Shown piece after piece: positions 1-8,801 of a stretch of DNA of 32,000 nt (its first letter is position 1; each line of letters begins with the position of its first letter). Under the pieces are notes generated by a model, which searched no databases, had not been told where the DNA came from, and worked only from the letters and a program-made list of their open reading frames with translations. Made by a program: the position numbers and the translations under genes. The DNA is taken from assembly GCF_000011325.1 (NCBI RefSeq), contig NC_003450.3, forward strand, positions 2,310,001-2,342,000, read 5' to 3'. Source of the DNA: Corynebacterium glutamicum ATCC 13032 (lineage in GTDB: Bacteria > Actinomycetota > Actinomycetes > Mycobacteriales > Mycobacteriaceae).

Positions 1-2256
1 CATATTGATACTGACGTGTACCGCGCCGGTGCTAATGCATTCTTGCATGGCGAGAATCTGTATACCCAGGACTACCAAGTTGGTAGCATTCAACTTCCCT
101 TCACGTACCCACCGATTTCTGCTGCGCTGTTTGTTCCACTTGCAATCCTTGCAAGCAGTGTAGCCGGAATAGCATTAACGCTTATTTCCACGGTGTTGCT
201 GTGGTGGAGCGTAGCTATCGTCTTGCGCCGAGTGCTCAAGGGTCTCACGGATGCTGATTCCAGGTTTGTGTCCTATTTGATTCTGCCTATGGCATTGTCC
301 ACGGAACCTGTATTCCAGACCCTGCAGTTTGGCCAGGTCAACATCATTTTGATGGCGCTGGTTCTCATGGATACCTTCACCAAAAAGCCCTGGTTGCCAC
401 GTGGTTTTTGGATTGGTTTGGCGGCATCCATCAAGCTGACCCCCGCAGTCTTTGGCCTTTACTTCCTAGTGAAGAAGGACTGGAAGGGCGCTGGAGTAGC
501 AATTGCTTCTGGCGTAGGTTTTTCCGCCTTGGCGTTTATCCTCTCACCTTCAAGTTCCAAGATTTACTGGACTGAAACACTCAACGACCCTTCTCGCATC
601 GGCAACCTATCTTATATTGCTAACCAATCTGTGCGTGGAACGCTCAGCCGAATGATGCATGAACAGCAGGATCTCGTCGAAAAGCTTTGGCTTGTGGCAG
701 TTGTCTTGTGCCTTGCCGCTGTCGCCGTCGCCATGTGGCGCGTGGTACGCGCCGGCAACCCGTACGGCGCCGTCATGCTCAACTCGTTGATTGCTCTGCT
801 GTGCTCCCCTGTTTCATGGTCTCACCACTGGGTATGGCTGATTCCAATCGCTATTGGTTTGGGGGCAAGTGCGTGGAACCAGCGGCGGACTGCTCCAGGA
901 ATTGCCGCGACGGCTGGAGTCTTGGCGCTTCTGACCACGATTCCGATGTTCATCACAACATTTTGGAACATGCCATACGATTCAGAGTCTTACCCATTTT
1001 GGCCATTGATTCTGCAGCCGTCGGGCAACGCGTATGTAGTAGTGGTCATCGCTATTTTGATCGTCGCGATTGTGAATCCAACAGTTTTGGGCAGTGGCAA
1101 TAAAGCTGTTTCAGGCCAGGCAGAGAAGAAGTCCTCCCCTGCGTTGCTTGTTGTTTTAGCGATTGCCATTTTCTACCTCTTTGCCAATATTTGGTTTAAG
1201 GGAAACAATCAAAACAAAGCGCTCATTCAGTACCCACTGCAGACTATGGAAGGTCGCGGTCTCACTGACTTCGGCGAGCTTATTTTTGAATTCGCGGCTT
1301 CCTCCAACCAGCTTGTTTCCCTCTGGATAATCGGCGCCCTCAACGCCATCGCATTGGCTATTACCCTGTGGTTCCTCCTTCAGCGTTTTGCTGGGAAGAA
1401 GAGCTCCTGGCTGATTTATCTCAGCACCGTGGCTGTTGCGCTGATGATGTTCTCAGTGCAGGATGCCTTGCAGTTTGGTTCGCTGACTCTCGTTGCACTC
1501 GCATTGATCACTGTTGATGTGTTGAGTGTCAGAGAGATTGGCCGCCGCGGGCTGCTCACAGGACTTGCAGCAGCCCTGTTTGGATGGCCAATTCTGATTG
1601 TTATCGGATTCCTCATTCACCGACGTTATGCAGCAACAATCACAACCACTGTCACCGCAGCTGTGCTGTGGATCTTAGGAATTCTGCTCAATCCAGACGC
1701 CTTCAACCTCAACCTGCTGCGTCAATGGTTCAGCGGGCGCGATGGTCGGGACAATTTGTCCTTCTATGCTTTCCTTGCCAGGTGGGTCAGCGAATCCCCA
1801 GTCATGATGTTCGTATGGTTCATCGTCGCCCTAGGACTTGGTGCCTGGGCAATCCACCGCACCTGGTCACATGGATTCAAGGACCTCTCCGCTGCACTGA
1901 GCATCGCACTACCAACCTTGGTGCTCCCCATAGTGGAACTCCACCACCTCGTGCTACTTCTTCCACTGATCGCAGTGTTGCTTCGTCAAGGACGCGTGGC
2001 AATTTCCTACCTCATCGGATTTATCTACCTAGTCTCATGGACTCCGCAACACCTGTCCTACTCCACGGTATTCCCACTTAATGATCCAGCACCAGAAGGG
2101 TACGTCGCCCACTTTGGATGGTATTTACTCGTTGAACCAATGGCGGTAGCACCGGCAGCTATAATCCTCGGAGCATTTATTGCCTGTGCTGCAACCACAC
2201 CTAAAACAAGTCAGCTCGTGCAGGTCGACAAGTCAAGCGCGGAAAACACCAAGTAA
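1..2256 (+). CDS. mptC: Polytopic GT-C (GT87/DUF2029, PimE/Rv2181-like) polyprenyl-phosphate-mannose-dependent alpha-1,2-mannosyltransferase. The 5' end lies outside the window.
   Basis: Frame 1 is open from base 1 (HIDTDVYRAGANAF...), so the GTG at 16 in the ORF track is probably internal. The product is >740 aa and almost entirely hydrophobic helices. Family-like motifs are present: DxxVYxxGxxxxxxGxxLY, LQFGQVN, SIKLTP. Its position directly upstream of cmt4 matches my memory of NCgl2100 (MptC). The assignment is by recognition, not by search. Confidence 0.7.
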   Translation, partial: HIDTDVYRAGANAFLHGENLYTQDYQVGSIQLPFTYPPISAALFVPLAILASSVAGIALTLISTVLLWWSVAIVLRRVLKGLTDADSRFVSYLILPMALSTEPVFQTLQFGQVNIILMALVLMDTFTKKPWLPRGFWIGLAASIKLTPAVFGLYFLVKKDWKGAGVAIASGVGFSALAFILSPSSSKIYWTETLNDPSRIGNLSYIANQSVRGTLSRMMHEQQDLVEKLWLVAVVLCLAAVAVAMWRVVRAGNPYGAVMLNSLIALLCSPVSWSHHWVWLIPIAIGLGASAWNQRRTAPGIAATAGVLALLTTIPMFITTFWNMPYDSESYPFWPLILQPSGNAYVVVVIAILIVAIVNPTVLGSGNKAVSGQAEKKSSPALLVVLAIAIFYLFANIWFKGNNQNKALIQYPLQTMEGRGLTDFGELIFEFAASSNQLVSLWIIGALNAIALAITLWFLLQRFAGKKSSWLIYLSTVAVALMMFSVQDALQFGSLTLVALALITVDVLSVREIGRRGLLTGLAAALFGWPILIVIGFLIHRRYAATITTTVTAAVLWILGILLNPDAFNLNLLRQWFSGRDGRDNLSFYAFLARWVSESPVMMFVWFIVALGLGAWAIHRTWSHGFKDLSAALSIALPTLVLPIVELHHLVLLLPLIAVLLRQGRVAISYLIGFIYLVSWTPQHLSYSTVFPLNDPAPEGYVAHFGWYLLVEPMAVAPAAIILGAFIACAATTPKTSQLVQVDKSSAENTK

Positions 2257-2360
2257 GCCTTACAGTCCGACAGCCTCATAGCGGATGGGATAAGTTCCAA
2301 ACACGTTCAAATCCGTTAAAGTGCCTGTTTAAAACTATGCATTCAAAGGAAGAGTTAACA

Positions 2361-3812
2361 GTGCGTAAAGGAATTTCCCGCGTCCTCTCGGTAGCGGTTG
2401 CTAGTTCAATCGGATTCGGAACTGTACTGACAGGCACCGGCATCGCAGCAGCTCAAGACTCTGCATTTGACTACGGTATGGATCCAAACATGAACTACAA
2501 CCCGATCGATGACATCAAGGATCGTCCCGAAGGATTGTCCAATCTTCCCTACTTCGGAAGTAAATTGACCAGCTGGGGCTCATCAGATGCCACCGCCTCA
2601 TCCGGCGTCGTGACCTCCGCGCTCCCGCAGTACACCGATCCGCGCTACCCCCTCGGCAAAGACGACCTGCCCAAGGCAACCATCGACATGGAGCCAGAAG
2701 TTCTTGCGCGCCTTGAGCGATTCGTCGGCGTTGACGGTGATCGCATCCGCCAAATCAACGCGTACTCGCCATCAATGGGACGCACCATTCCTCTAGTCTG
2801 GGTTGTTCCAGAAGACAACACCGTGCCTGGCCCAACGGTCTACGCACTCGGCGGCGGTGACGGTGGACAAGGCGGCCAGAACTGGGTCACCCGCACCGAC
2901 CTTGAGGAATTAACCAGTGACAACAACATCAACCTCATCATGCCGATGCTCGGATCTTTTAGTTTCTACGCTGACTGGGCAGGCGAAAGCGAATCCATGG
3001 GTGGTGCGCAACAGTGGGAAACATTCCTCATGCACGAACTGCCAGAGCCGCTAGAAGCGGCCATCGGCGCAGACGGGCAACGCAGCATCGTCGGCATGTC
3101 CATGTCCGGGGGATCAGTGCTGAACTTTGCGACGCATGACCCCAACTTTTACTCCTCGGTCGGCTCATTTTCTGGATGTGCCGAAACCAACTCCTGGATG
3201 GGACGCCGTGGCATCGCAGCCACCGCCTACAACGGCAATGTCGTGCCTGAGCAAATCTTTGGTGAAGTAGACAGTGATTACTCCCGCTATAACGATCCTT
3301 TGCTCAACGCTGCGAAGCTCGAAGAACAAGACAACCTCTACATCTTCGCCGGTTCCGGTGTGTTCTCTGAACTAGATGTCATTGGTGACAACGCACCGAT
3401 TGATGAGGATGCGTTTAAAAACCGCGTTCTGGTCGGATTTGAAATCGAAGCTATGTCCAACACCTGCACCCATAATCTTAAGGCTGCGACTGATCAAATG
3501 GGCATTGACAACATTAACTATGATTTCCGACCAACCGGTACTCATGCTTGGGACTATTGGAATGAGGCACTGCACCGTTTCTTCCCGTTGATGATGCAGG
3601 GCTTCGGGCTTGATGGTGGTCCGATCCCGGTTTATAACCCTAACGGTGTGTCCTCTAGTGAGTCTTCTTCTGAGCTGTCGTCTGATGTGAGTCTTGGCAC
3701 CGTGATCGGTAGTGTGGCGGGAAGCTCCGGATCAAGTGAAGGCAGCAGCGTCCGAGAGTTCCTTGCAGGAAGTTCCGGATCAAGCCAATCAACAGGAAGC
3801 TTCTACGAATAG
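2361..3812 (+). CDS. cmt4: Secreted corynomycoloyl transferase (esterase D / antigen 85 family) with a Ser-rich C-terminal tail
   Basis: ORF 2337..3812. GTG at 2361 is preferred as the start because AAGGAAGAG lies 6 nt upstream. There is an N-terminal signal-like segment (VAVASSIGFGTVLTGTGIAAAQD). The nucleophile motif is GMSMSGG and the His motif is GTHAWDYW, as in Ag85/Cmt enzymes. The start could also be ATG 2337. Confidence 0.8.
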   Translation: MRKGISRVLSVAVASSIGFGTVLTGTGIAAAQDSAFDYGMDPNMNYNPIDDIKDRPEGLSNLPYFGSKLTSWGSSDATASSGVVTSALPQYTDPRYPLGKDDLPKATIDMEPEVLARLERFVGVDGDRIRQINAYSPSMGRTIPLVWVVPEDNTVPGPTVYALGGGDGGQGGQNWVTRTDLEELTSDNNINLIMPMLGSFSFYADWAGESESMGGAQQWETFLMHELPEPLEAAIGADGQRSIVGMSMSGGSVLNFATHDPNFYSSVGSFSGCAETNSWMGRRGIAATAYNGNVVPEQIFGEVDSDYSRYNDPLLNAAKLEEQDNLYIFAGSGVFSELDVIGDNAPIDEDAFKNRVLVGFEIEAMSNTCTHNLKAATDQMGIDNINYDFRPTGTHAWDYWNEALHRFFPLMMQGFGLDGGPIPVYNPNGVSSSESSSELSSDVSLGTVIGSVAGSSGSSEGSSVREFLAGSSGSSQSTGSFYE

Positions 3813-3838
3813 CTAGGGCTGCGCAAGATTCCAATGAG

Positions 3839-3871
3839 AAAACCTCTGACATCAAATGTGTCAGAGGTTTT
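3839..3871. terminator. Bidirectional rho-independent terminator between cmt4 and the small minus-strand ORF
   Basis: Perfect inverted repeat AAAACCTCTGACA (3839-3851) / TGTCAGAGGTTTT (3859-3871) with a 7-nt loop. T-runs follow the hairpin on both strands. Confidence 0.7.
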
Positions 3872-3913
3872 GACGTTTCCCAGCTTTCAAGATTTCAGCA
3901 GCGTGCAGAAGGC

Positions 3914-4081
3914 CTATTCTTTGTCAGCAGACTGCTTCTTTTTTGAACCCCGTGGGACAAACACAGCGGCCGCGACACCGACAATGATGAACGGTGCGAC
4001 GATCTCCCGCGATAAGTCCAACGCTGCAACAATCACATAAAGCACAATCAGGATTGCAACAATGAGAAGTCGGATACGCAT
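3914..4081 (-). CDS. Small (55 aa) putative two-helix membrane protein, below the 60-aa cutoff of the ORF track
   Basis: Hand translation of the minus strand gives MRIRLLIVAILIVLYVIVAALDLSREIVAPFIIVGVAAAVFVPRGSKKKQSADKE*. That is two hydrophobic stretches and a basic tail. An alternative in-frame GTG at 4093 has AAAGGA about 12 nt upstream. The ORF sits just upstream of the bidirectional terminator. The ATG has no strong SD. Confidence 0.4.
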   Translation of the reverse strand: MRIRLLIVAILIVLYVIVAALDLSREIVAPFIIVGVAAAVFVPRGSKKKQSADKE

Positions 4082-4233
4082 GAACTTATTCACGGGGAAA
4101 ATAGATCCTTTACTGTTTAACTAATTCTTCAAAAGGCAGCGGTGCTCTAATGCTCTGGATGATTCCACGCTCGAAAGCAAAAGGCTTGTAGGTTAGAAGG
4201 CTGACAAGCAGAATCACACAGGTTATGCTTCAG

Positions 4234-5499
4234 TTATATACCGTACGTCTTAGAAGAGGTAGAAGCATTCATAGGCTTCGCAGACTGAGCTTTAACGTGA
4301 GAATCAGCTTGTGCTTTAGCTGGAGTTTTATCTGGTTCTGGCAGTTTAGGGGGAACAAGAGTCCATCCCAGCACTGGAACTCGCGAGATCAGATAGGTCA
4401 GGTACCCGCCGAGCATCGCGCAGGCAAACGCGATGACCATCCACGTATTGGTGTGGTGCCACAAACTGTCAGAGAAGTTATCAATCTCCATGAAATTCCA
4501 GCGCAAGCCGAAACCAAAAATCAGCGATAGTCCTGTTGCATGCCCAATGTAGATGGGAAGGGTGTGCCTACCAATAAGTTTCAAAAACTCCCCTACTGGC
4601 TTTATTCGGCCAAGCCATACGCACAACACAATTCCTGCAGGCAGGGAAACAATCCGAATGATCATTCCAGGAAGGTGATCCATATCGAATCCAGTGAGGT
4701 TGCCGCCGAGTGCATGAGCAAAAGTATCGCGGAGGTTCATCAGCCACAGCACGCTTGCGCCATGGTTTTCGCTGTCGCGCAGCCCATTTGAGATCACGCC
4801 CAAAGCAAGTCCCGAGACATAAAGGACCGCTGCAAACACTATTGCTTTTGGCCTTGTTGCGGCTTCTGCAAAACGCGAAATCAGTGGGCGGAAGTAAGCG
4901 CCAATGAGGAATGTAGGCAAGTAAATAATGGACTTGCGTAGAATCTCAATCTCGCTATAAGCCGGCATAAGTAGCCACAGTGAGGCCACCAACGCCACAA
5001 TTGCCCAAGCTGGGAGTTTTCTCGTTGCCCATAAAAATAGGTTGAAGATGACCAAGAAGTAGAGGAACCAGTACATATTGGTGGCCGAGAGCATCGAGCC
5101 GCTGTACCATTCCCATGTTCCCGGTGCTCTACCGGTAAAAACTGTGCCCTCGAGGCGGTGTAGATAAAGATTCACTGGAGTCCACAGCAAATATGGAACC
5201 AGGTAGAACCACAGTCGCCCGCGGAAAAGTTCACCAAAGCTTTGATTCAGAACTTTAACTGCAAAAAATCCACTCACCATAAAAAATAATGGCATCCGAA
5301 GTGGATCAAGCAGTGCGTTCAGGTGGGACATCATGGTGTCCTGGCCACCTGGAATTGCCAACGACACGTGTAGTAACACGACACCTAGGATGGATATTCC
5401 CTTGGCGATGTCTGGCCAATCCATACGAGCCTTGTTCTGGGGAGCCGTCACCTGCTGTGGGGCTGGGTTTAAGTTTCCAGTTTTCACGGTGGCGGACAA
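4234..5499 (-). CDS. Integral membrane acyltransferase_3 family (O-acyltransferase) protein
   Basis: 421-aa ORF with about 10 hydrophobic helices. The N-terminal DIAKGISILGVVLLH block is typical of the acyltransferase_3 family. The track start is TTG 5499. AGGAG abuts that codon, so GTG at 5487 is an alternative start. Confidence 0.75.
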   Translation of the reverse strand: MSATVKTGNLNPAPQQVTAPQNKARMDWPDIAKGISILGVVLLHVSLAIPGGQDTMMSHLNALLDPLRMPLFFMVSGFFAVKVLNQSFGELFRGRLWFYLVPYLLWTPVNLYLHRLEGTVFTGRAPGTWEWYSGSMLSATNMYWFLYFLVIFNLFLWATRKLPAWAIVALVASLWLLMPAYSEIEILRKSIIYLPTFLIGAYFRPLISRFAEAATRPKAIVFAAVLYVSGLALGVISNGLRDSENHGASVLWLMNLRDTFAHALGGNLTGFDMDHLPGMIIRIVSLPAGIVLCVWLGRIKPVGEFLKLIGRHTLPIYIGHATGLSLIFGFGLRWNFMEIDNFSDSLWHHTNTWMVIAFACAMLGGYLTYLISRVPVLGWTLVPPKLPEPDKTPAKAQADSHVKAQSAKPMNASTSSKTYGI

Positions 5500-5675
5500 C
5501 TCCTAAAAAAGACGATGCGCTCATTTCGCAGCGCAACCGTCCGACTCGATGTATGCCAAAAAGATTAACAATTAGTTAAATCTTGAAGCCTAACCGGTAC
5601 AACCATACCGTTCTGCCACCCGAATACGAAAAGACTCACACAAAAACCCCAAGGTTTTTAACAGAAAAGACCCGA

Positions 5676-6479
5676 TTACTGTGAAGGAGCTGTGCCCTCC
5701 GGGTATCCTTTTCCTTCCTCCAGAGCGTTTTTCACATCTTTAGAGTACGCATCAACATACGGCTGACCAGTGAGATCAGCAAGAATGAACATAACGTGAT
5801 CTGTCAGCTTGCGCGCTGCTTCGTAGGTTCCAGGCTTCAACCCATGTTCTTTGACGAATGCGAGGGGATCAATTGGGCTTCCTACCTTGATCCTGACTTT
5901 TGCGGGTTTCGGAAACCAACTTCCGATAGGGTTCGCGTCCCGGCTGCCAATCATGGCAACGGGGATAACTGTCGTACCAGTTTCCATCGCAACATAGGCC
6001 ATTCCGGTTTTGCCCTTGTAGATGCGACCATCGGGCGAACGAGATCCTTCAGGGTAAATACCGAAGAGGTCTCCCCGATCCAGCACCATTTTGGCGGTAT
6101 TCATCAAAGAATCCATGGCATTATCTGCGGTGCGGTCCAGGGGTACTTGCCCCACAGAAGTAAAAAACCACTTCTGCATCTTGCCTTTAATACCTGGTGA
6201 TGTGAAGTATTCGGCCTTCGCTGGGAAGGTCAGCTGCCGTGGGCACAGCAGGGGAAAATAAAAGGAATCCATCACTGCTTCGTGGTTGGACGCCATGATC
6301 GCGGCACCTTCTGCAGGGATGTTTTCTTTGCCTTCGATCTCCGGGCGGTTGTACACACGCAAAAACGGGCCAATTAGCACATACTTGAAAAGCCGATACC
6401 AGTTGTTTTTCATGATGTTTGGGTTTACCCCTTCTTCGCGCTTTACTGCTGTAGGAACTTCTAAGAATACGTTACCCAC
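5676..6479 (-). CDS. plsC: 1-acyl-sn-glycerol-3-phosphate acyltransferase (lysophospholipid acyltransferase family)
   Basis: Carries the acyltransferase block I NHEAVMD (HX4D) and block III YPEGSRS. The GTG start at 6479 is uncertain; ATG at 6413 (MKNNWYRLF...) is an alternative. Confidence 0.8.
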   Translation of the reverse strand: MGNVFLEVPTAVKREEGVNPNIMKNNWYRLFKYVLIGPFLRVYNRPEIEGKENIPAEGAAIMASNHEAVMDSFYFPLLCPRQLTFPAKAEYFTSPGIKGKMQKWFFTSVGQVPLDRTADNAMDSLMNTAKMVLDRGDLFGIYPEGSRSPDGRIYKGKTGMAYVAMETGTTVIPVAMIGSRDANPIGSWFPKPAKVRIKVGSPIDPLAFVKEHGLKPGTYEAARKLTDHVMFILADLTGQPYVDAYSKDVKNALEEGKGYPEGTAPSQ

Positions 6480-6579
6480 GATGTGTATTTTGCTGCGAAG
6501 CTACCAAAACCACTTTTTAATTTCTTTAAGGGGTGGCTCTTTTGGTGGACATGCGTCATCGCAGCCCACCGAAAAACAC

Positions 6580-7551
6580 CTAGTTGGCTTCCACTACAGA
6601 GCGTCGAGCTAGATCAGCGACACCGATCATGCCAGCATCCGCACCCAACTGAGCTGTGGCAACGCGTGCCAAAGGGCGATATCCTGCGCCGACGATGCGG
6701 GTGGAATAGTGGTTGACCGAGCGATCCAAATAAAGGTCGGCAGCATTGGACAGTCCGCCACCAATGATGATCATGCCTGGGTCAAGGACATCAGCAATGA
6801 TCGCCAAAGTTTCGCCCAGCCACTCGCTGAAATCTTCCAGAACGGCGAGAGCAAGTGGGTCTTCTTGGCGCGCTGCCGCAGTGATCGTTTTTCCATTGAT
6901 GGAATTCGGATCGGCTTTGATCTTGTCAAACAGCCCGCTGTTGCGGAATGAGCCATGCGAAGCCAATTCACGCGCAGTGTAAACCAAGGCAGTACCGGAA
7001 CAGTAACGCTCCAGGCAGCCTTCTTTGCCACACGCACATGCGCGTCCGCCACGAACAACACGCAAATGACCAAATTCTGGTGCCGTGCCATATGCACCAC
7101 GGTAAATTTCGCCTTTTTCAATCAGCGCTGCACCAATTCCAGTGCCGAGTGCCAACAAAACCCAGTTGTCAGCGCCTTGAGCTGCACCAAAACGATGCTC
7201 ACCCCACGCTGCTGAGTTGGCATCATGTTCCAAACGAACAGGCAGGCCCAAAAGGTTTTCCAACTTTTCACGCACTGGCTCATCGCGCCAAGGAAGGTGC
7301 GGGGCAAATCGAACAACCTCGCACTCAGGATCCAAAAATCCCGCGACGGCAAGTCCCACAGCACCAACCGGGTATTCGGCCTTGAGCTGTTCGACTAGAT
7401 CAAAAATCCCCTGTTCCATTGCCTGCGTCGTGCGCGGCGACGGCGCCGACAAACTGGTCACGATGCGCCCGGATTCGTCGACAAGCCCGGCTCGCATGTT
7501 GGTGCCGCCGATGTCAAAGCCCACCGCGAAACTGGCCGGTTTTTGTGGCAT
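6580..7551 (-). CDS. glk: ROK-family glucokinase
   Basis: 323 aa. Carries the N-terminal ATP motif GFDIGGTNMRAG and the ROK zinc motif CACGKEGCLERYCSG. Length and sequence match my memory of C. glutamicum Glk. Confidence 0.9.
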   Translation of the reverse strand: MPQKPASFAVGFDIGGTNMRAGLVDESGRIVTSLSAPSPRTTQAMEQGIFDLVEQLKAEYPVGAVGLAVAGFLDPECEVVRFAPHLPWRDEPVREKLENLLGLPVRLEHDANSAAWGEHRFGAAQGADNWVLLALGTGIGAALIEKGEIYRGAYGTAPEFGHLRVVRGGRACACGKEGCLERYCSGTALVYTARELASHGSFRNSGLFDKIKADPNSINGKTITAAARQEDPLALAVLEDFSEWLGETLAIIADVLDPGMIIIGGGLSNAADLYLDRSVNHYSTRIVGAGYRPLARVATAQLGADAGMIGVADLARRSVVEAN

Positions 7552-7630
7552 AAGAGTGCCCCTCGCGTTCTACACAGGATTTAGGTGAATTTAATCTTTC
7601 AAAGTATAGCTATCAACAGCTGTCCAACCA

Positions 7631-8776
7631 TCATCGTGGTTCACTCTGCAAAATATTGGTCAACCGCTCCCCCATGATTTCCCACGACCATTCGGCCTCC
7701 ACATGCGCCCTACCTGCAGCGCCCATCGCGGCGCGGCGGATCGGATCGTCGAGAAGCTCAATTAAAAGCTCAGACAGCTTATCGACGTCCGACCCCTCCA
7801 CAACCAGGCCAGTTGCCGGAGTCACCGTCTCTGGCGCGCCGCCAGAGGTGCCGGCTATCACCGGCACTCCGCAGGCTTGTGCCTCGAGATAGACAATGCC
7901 CAAGCCTTCAACATCAAGTCCGCCACCGCGGGTGCGCGCTGGCATCGCGAAAATATCTGCGGCGGCAAGCGTGTTGATCATATCTTGATATTCAAGGCGC
8001 CCAAGGAATTTCACGTTCTGGCTCACGTCAGTGGCAAGGCGCCGCAAAGTCGACTCGTATCGCCCACTGCCCACAATGAGCAACTGCGCATCTGGGCGCG
8101 CCGCAATCACCTGTGGCATCGCCTTGATCAGCGAGTCCTGGCCTTTCCTCGGCACTAAACGCGAGTTACAGGCAATAACCGGGGTGGTGTCCGTGAATCC
8201 TAGCTTTTTCCTTGTTGCGCTTTTGTCCTCTGGCGTGGCCGGAGTGAATCTCTTAACGTCCACGCCGGAAGGCAAATGTTCAAAAGTCGGGTGCGATCCA
8301 AAAGCACTTTTGAATCTGCGCAGCGTGTACTGCGAGATATAAGTCAGCACGTCCACCTCAGTGCCGATTTTGCGCAACGATTGTCTCGATCCAGGAAGCA
8401 TTGACCACCCCACCTCATGCCCATGAGTGGAGGCAATAACCTTGCTCGCACCTGCCTGCTTCGCTGTGCCTGCCATCAACGCCAACGGAGCCGCAGCACC
8501 GAACCACACATTATCGATCTCTCGCTCACGAATGATCTCCGCCATAGCGTGTGCCGTTGTTGGGGTGGGCAGCATCACCGAACGAGGCCACCTAATGACC
8601 TCATAGTCCAAAGTCTTGTCGTAGGCATGCGCTTCCTCAGCGTTTTGAGTCGACGCAAACACCACGATCGACTCAGGATCTTGAGTAGCGATGAAATCCC
8701 TCAAATAGCTTTGGATTCCGCCGATCCGTGGAGGAAAATCATTGGTCACAACGAGAGTTTTTCGGGATGCAGACAC
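7631..8776 (-). CDS. pimB: GT4 family GDP-mannose-dependent alpha-mannosyltransferase (PimB'-type, phosphatidylinositol mannoside synthesis)
   Basis: 381 aa. Carries the GT4 EX7E region (EGLGIVYLEAQACGVPVIAG). Its position between glk and the NlpC/P60 genes matches NCgl2106 (PimB') and Rv2188c synteny, as I recall them. Confidence 0.8.
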   Translation of the reverse strand: MSASRKTLVVTNDFPPRIGGIQSYLRDFIATQDPESIVVFASTQNAEEAHAYDKTLDYEVIRWPRSVMLPTPTTAHAMAEIIREREIDNVWFGAAAPLALMAGTAKQAGASKVIASTHGHEVGWSMLPGSRQSLRKIGTEVDVLTYISQYTLRRFKSAFGSHPTFEHLPSGVDVKRFTPATPEDKSATRKKLGFTDTTPVIACNSRLVPRKGQDSLIKAMPQVIAARPDAQLLIVGSGRYESTLRRLATDVSQNVKFLGRLEYQDMINTLAAADIFAMPARTRGGGLDVEGLGIVYLEAQACGVPVIAGTSGGAPETVTPATGLVVEGSDVDKLSELLIELLDDPIRRAAMGAAGRAHVEAEWSWEIMGERLTNILQSEPR

Positions 8777-8801
8777 AAAGATTCTCCTGACGAACTATTT
8801 C

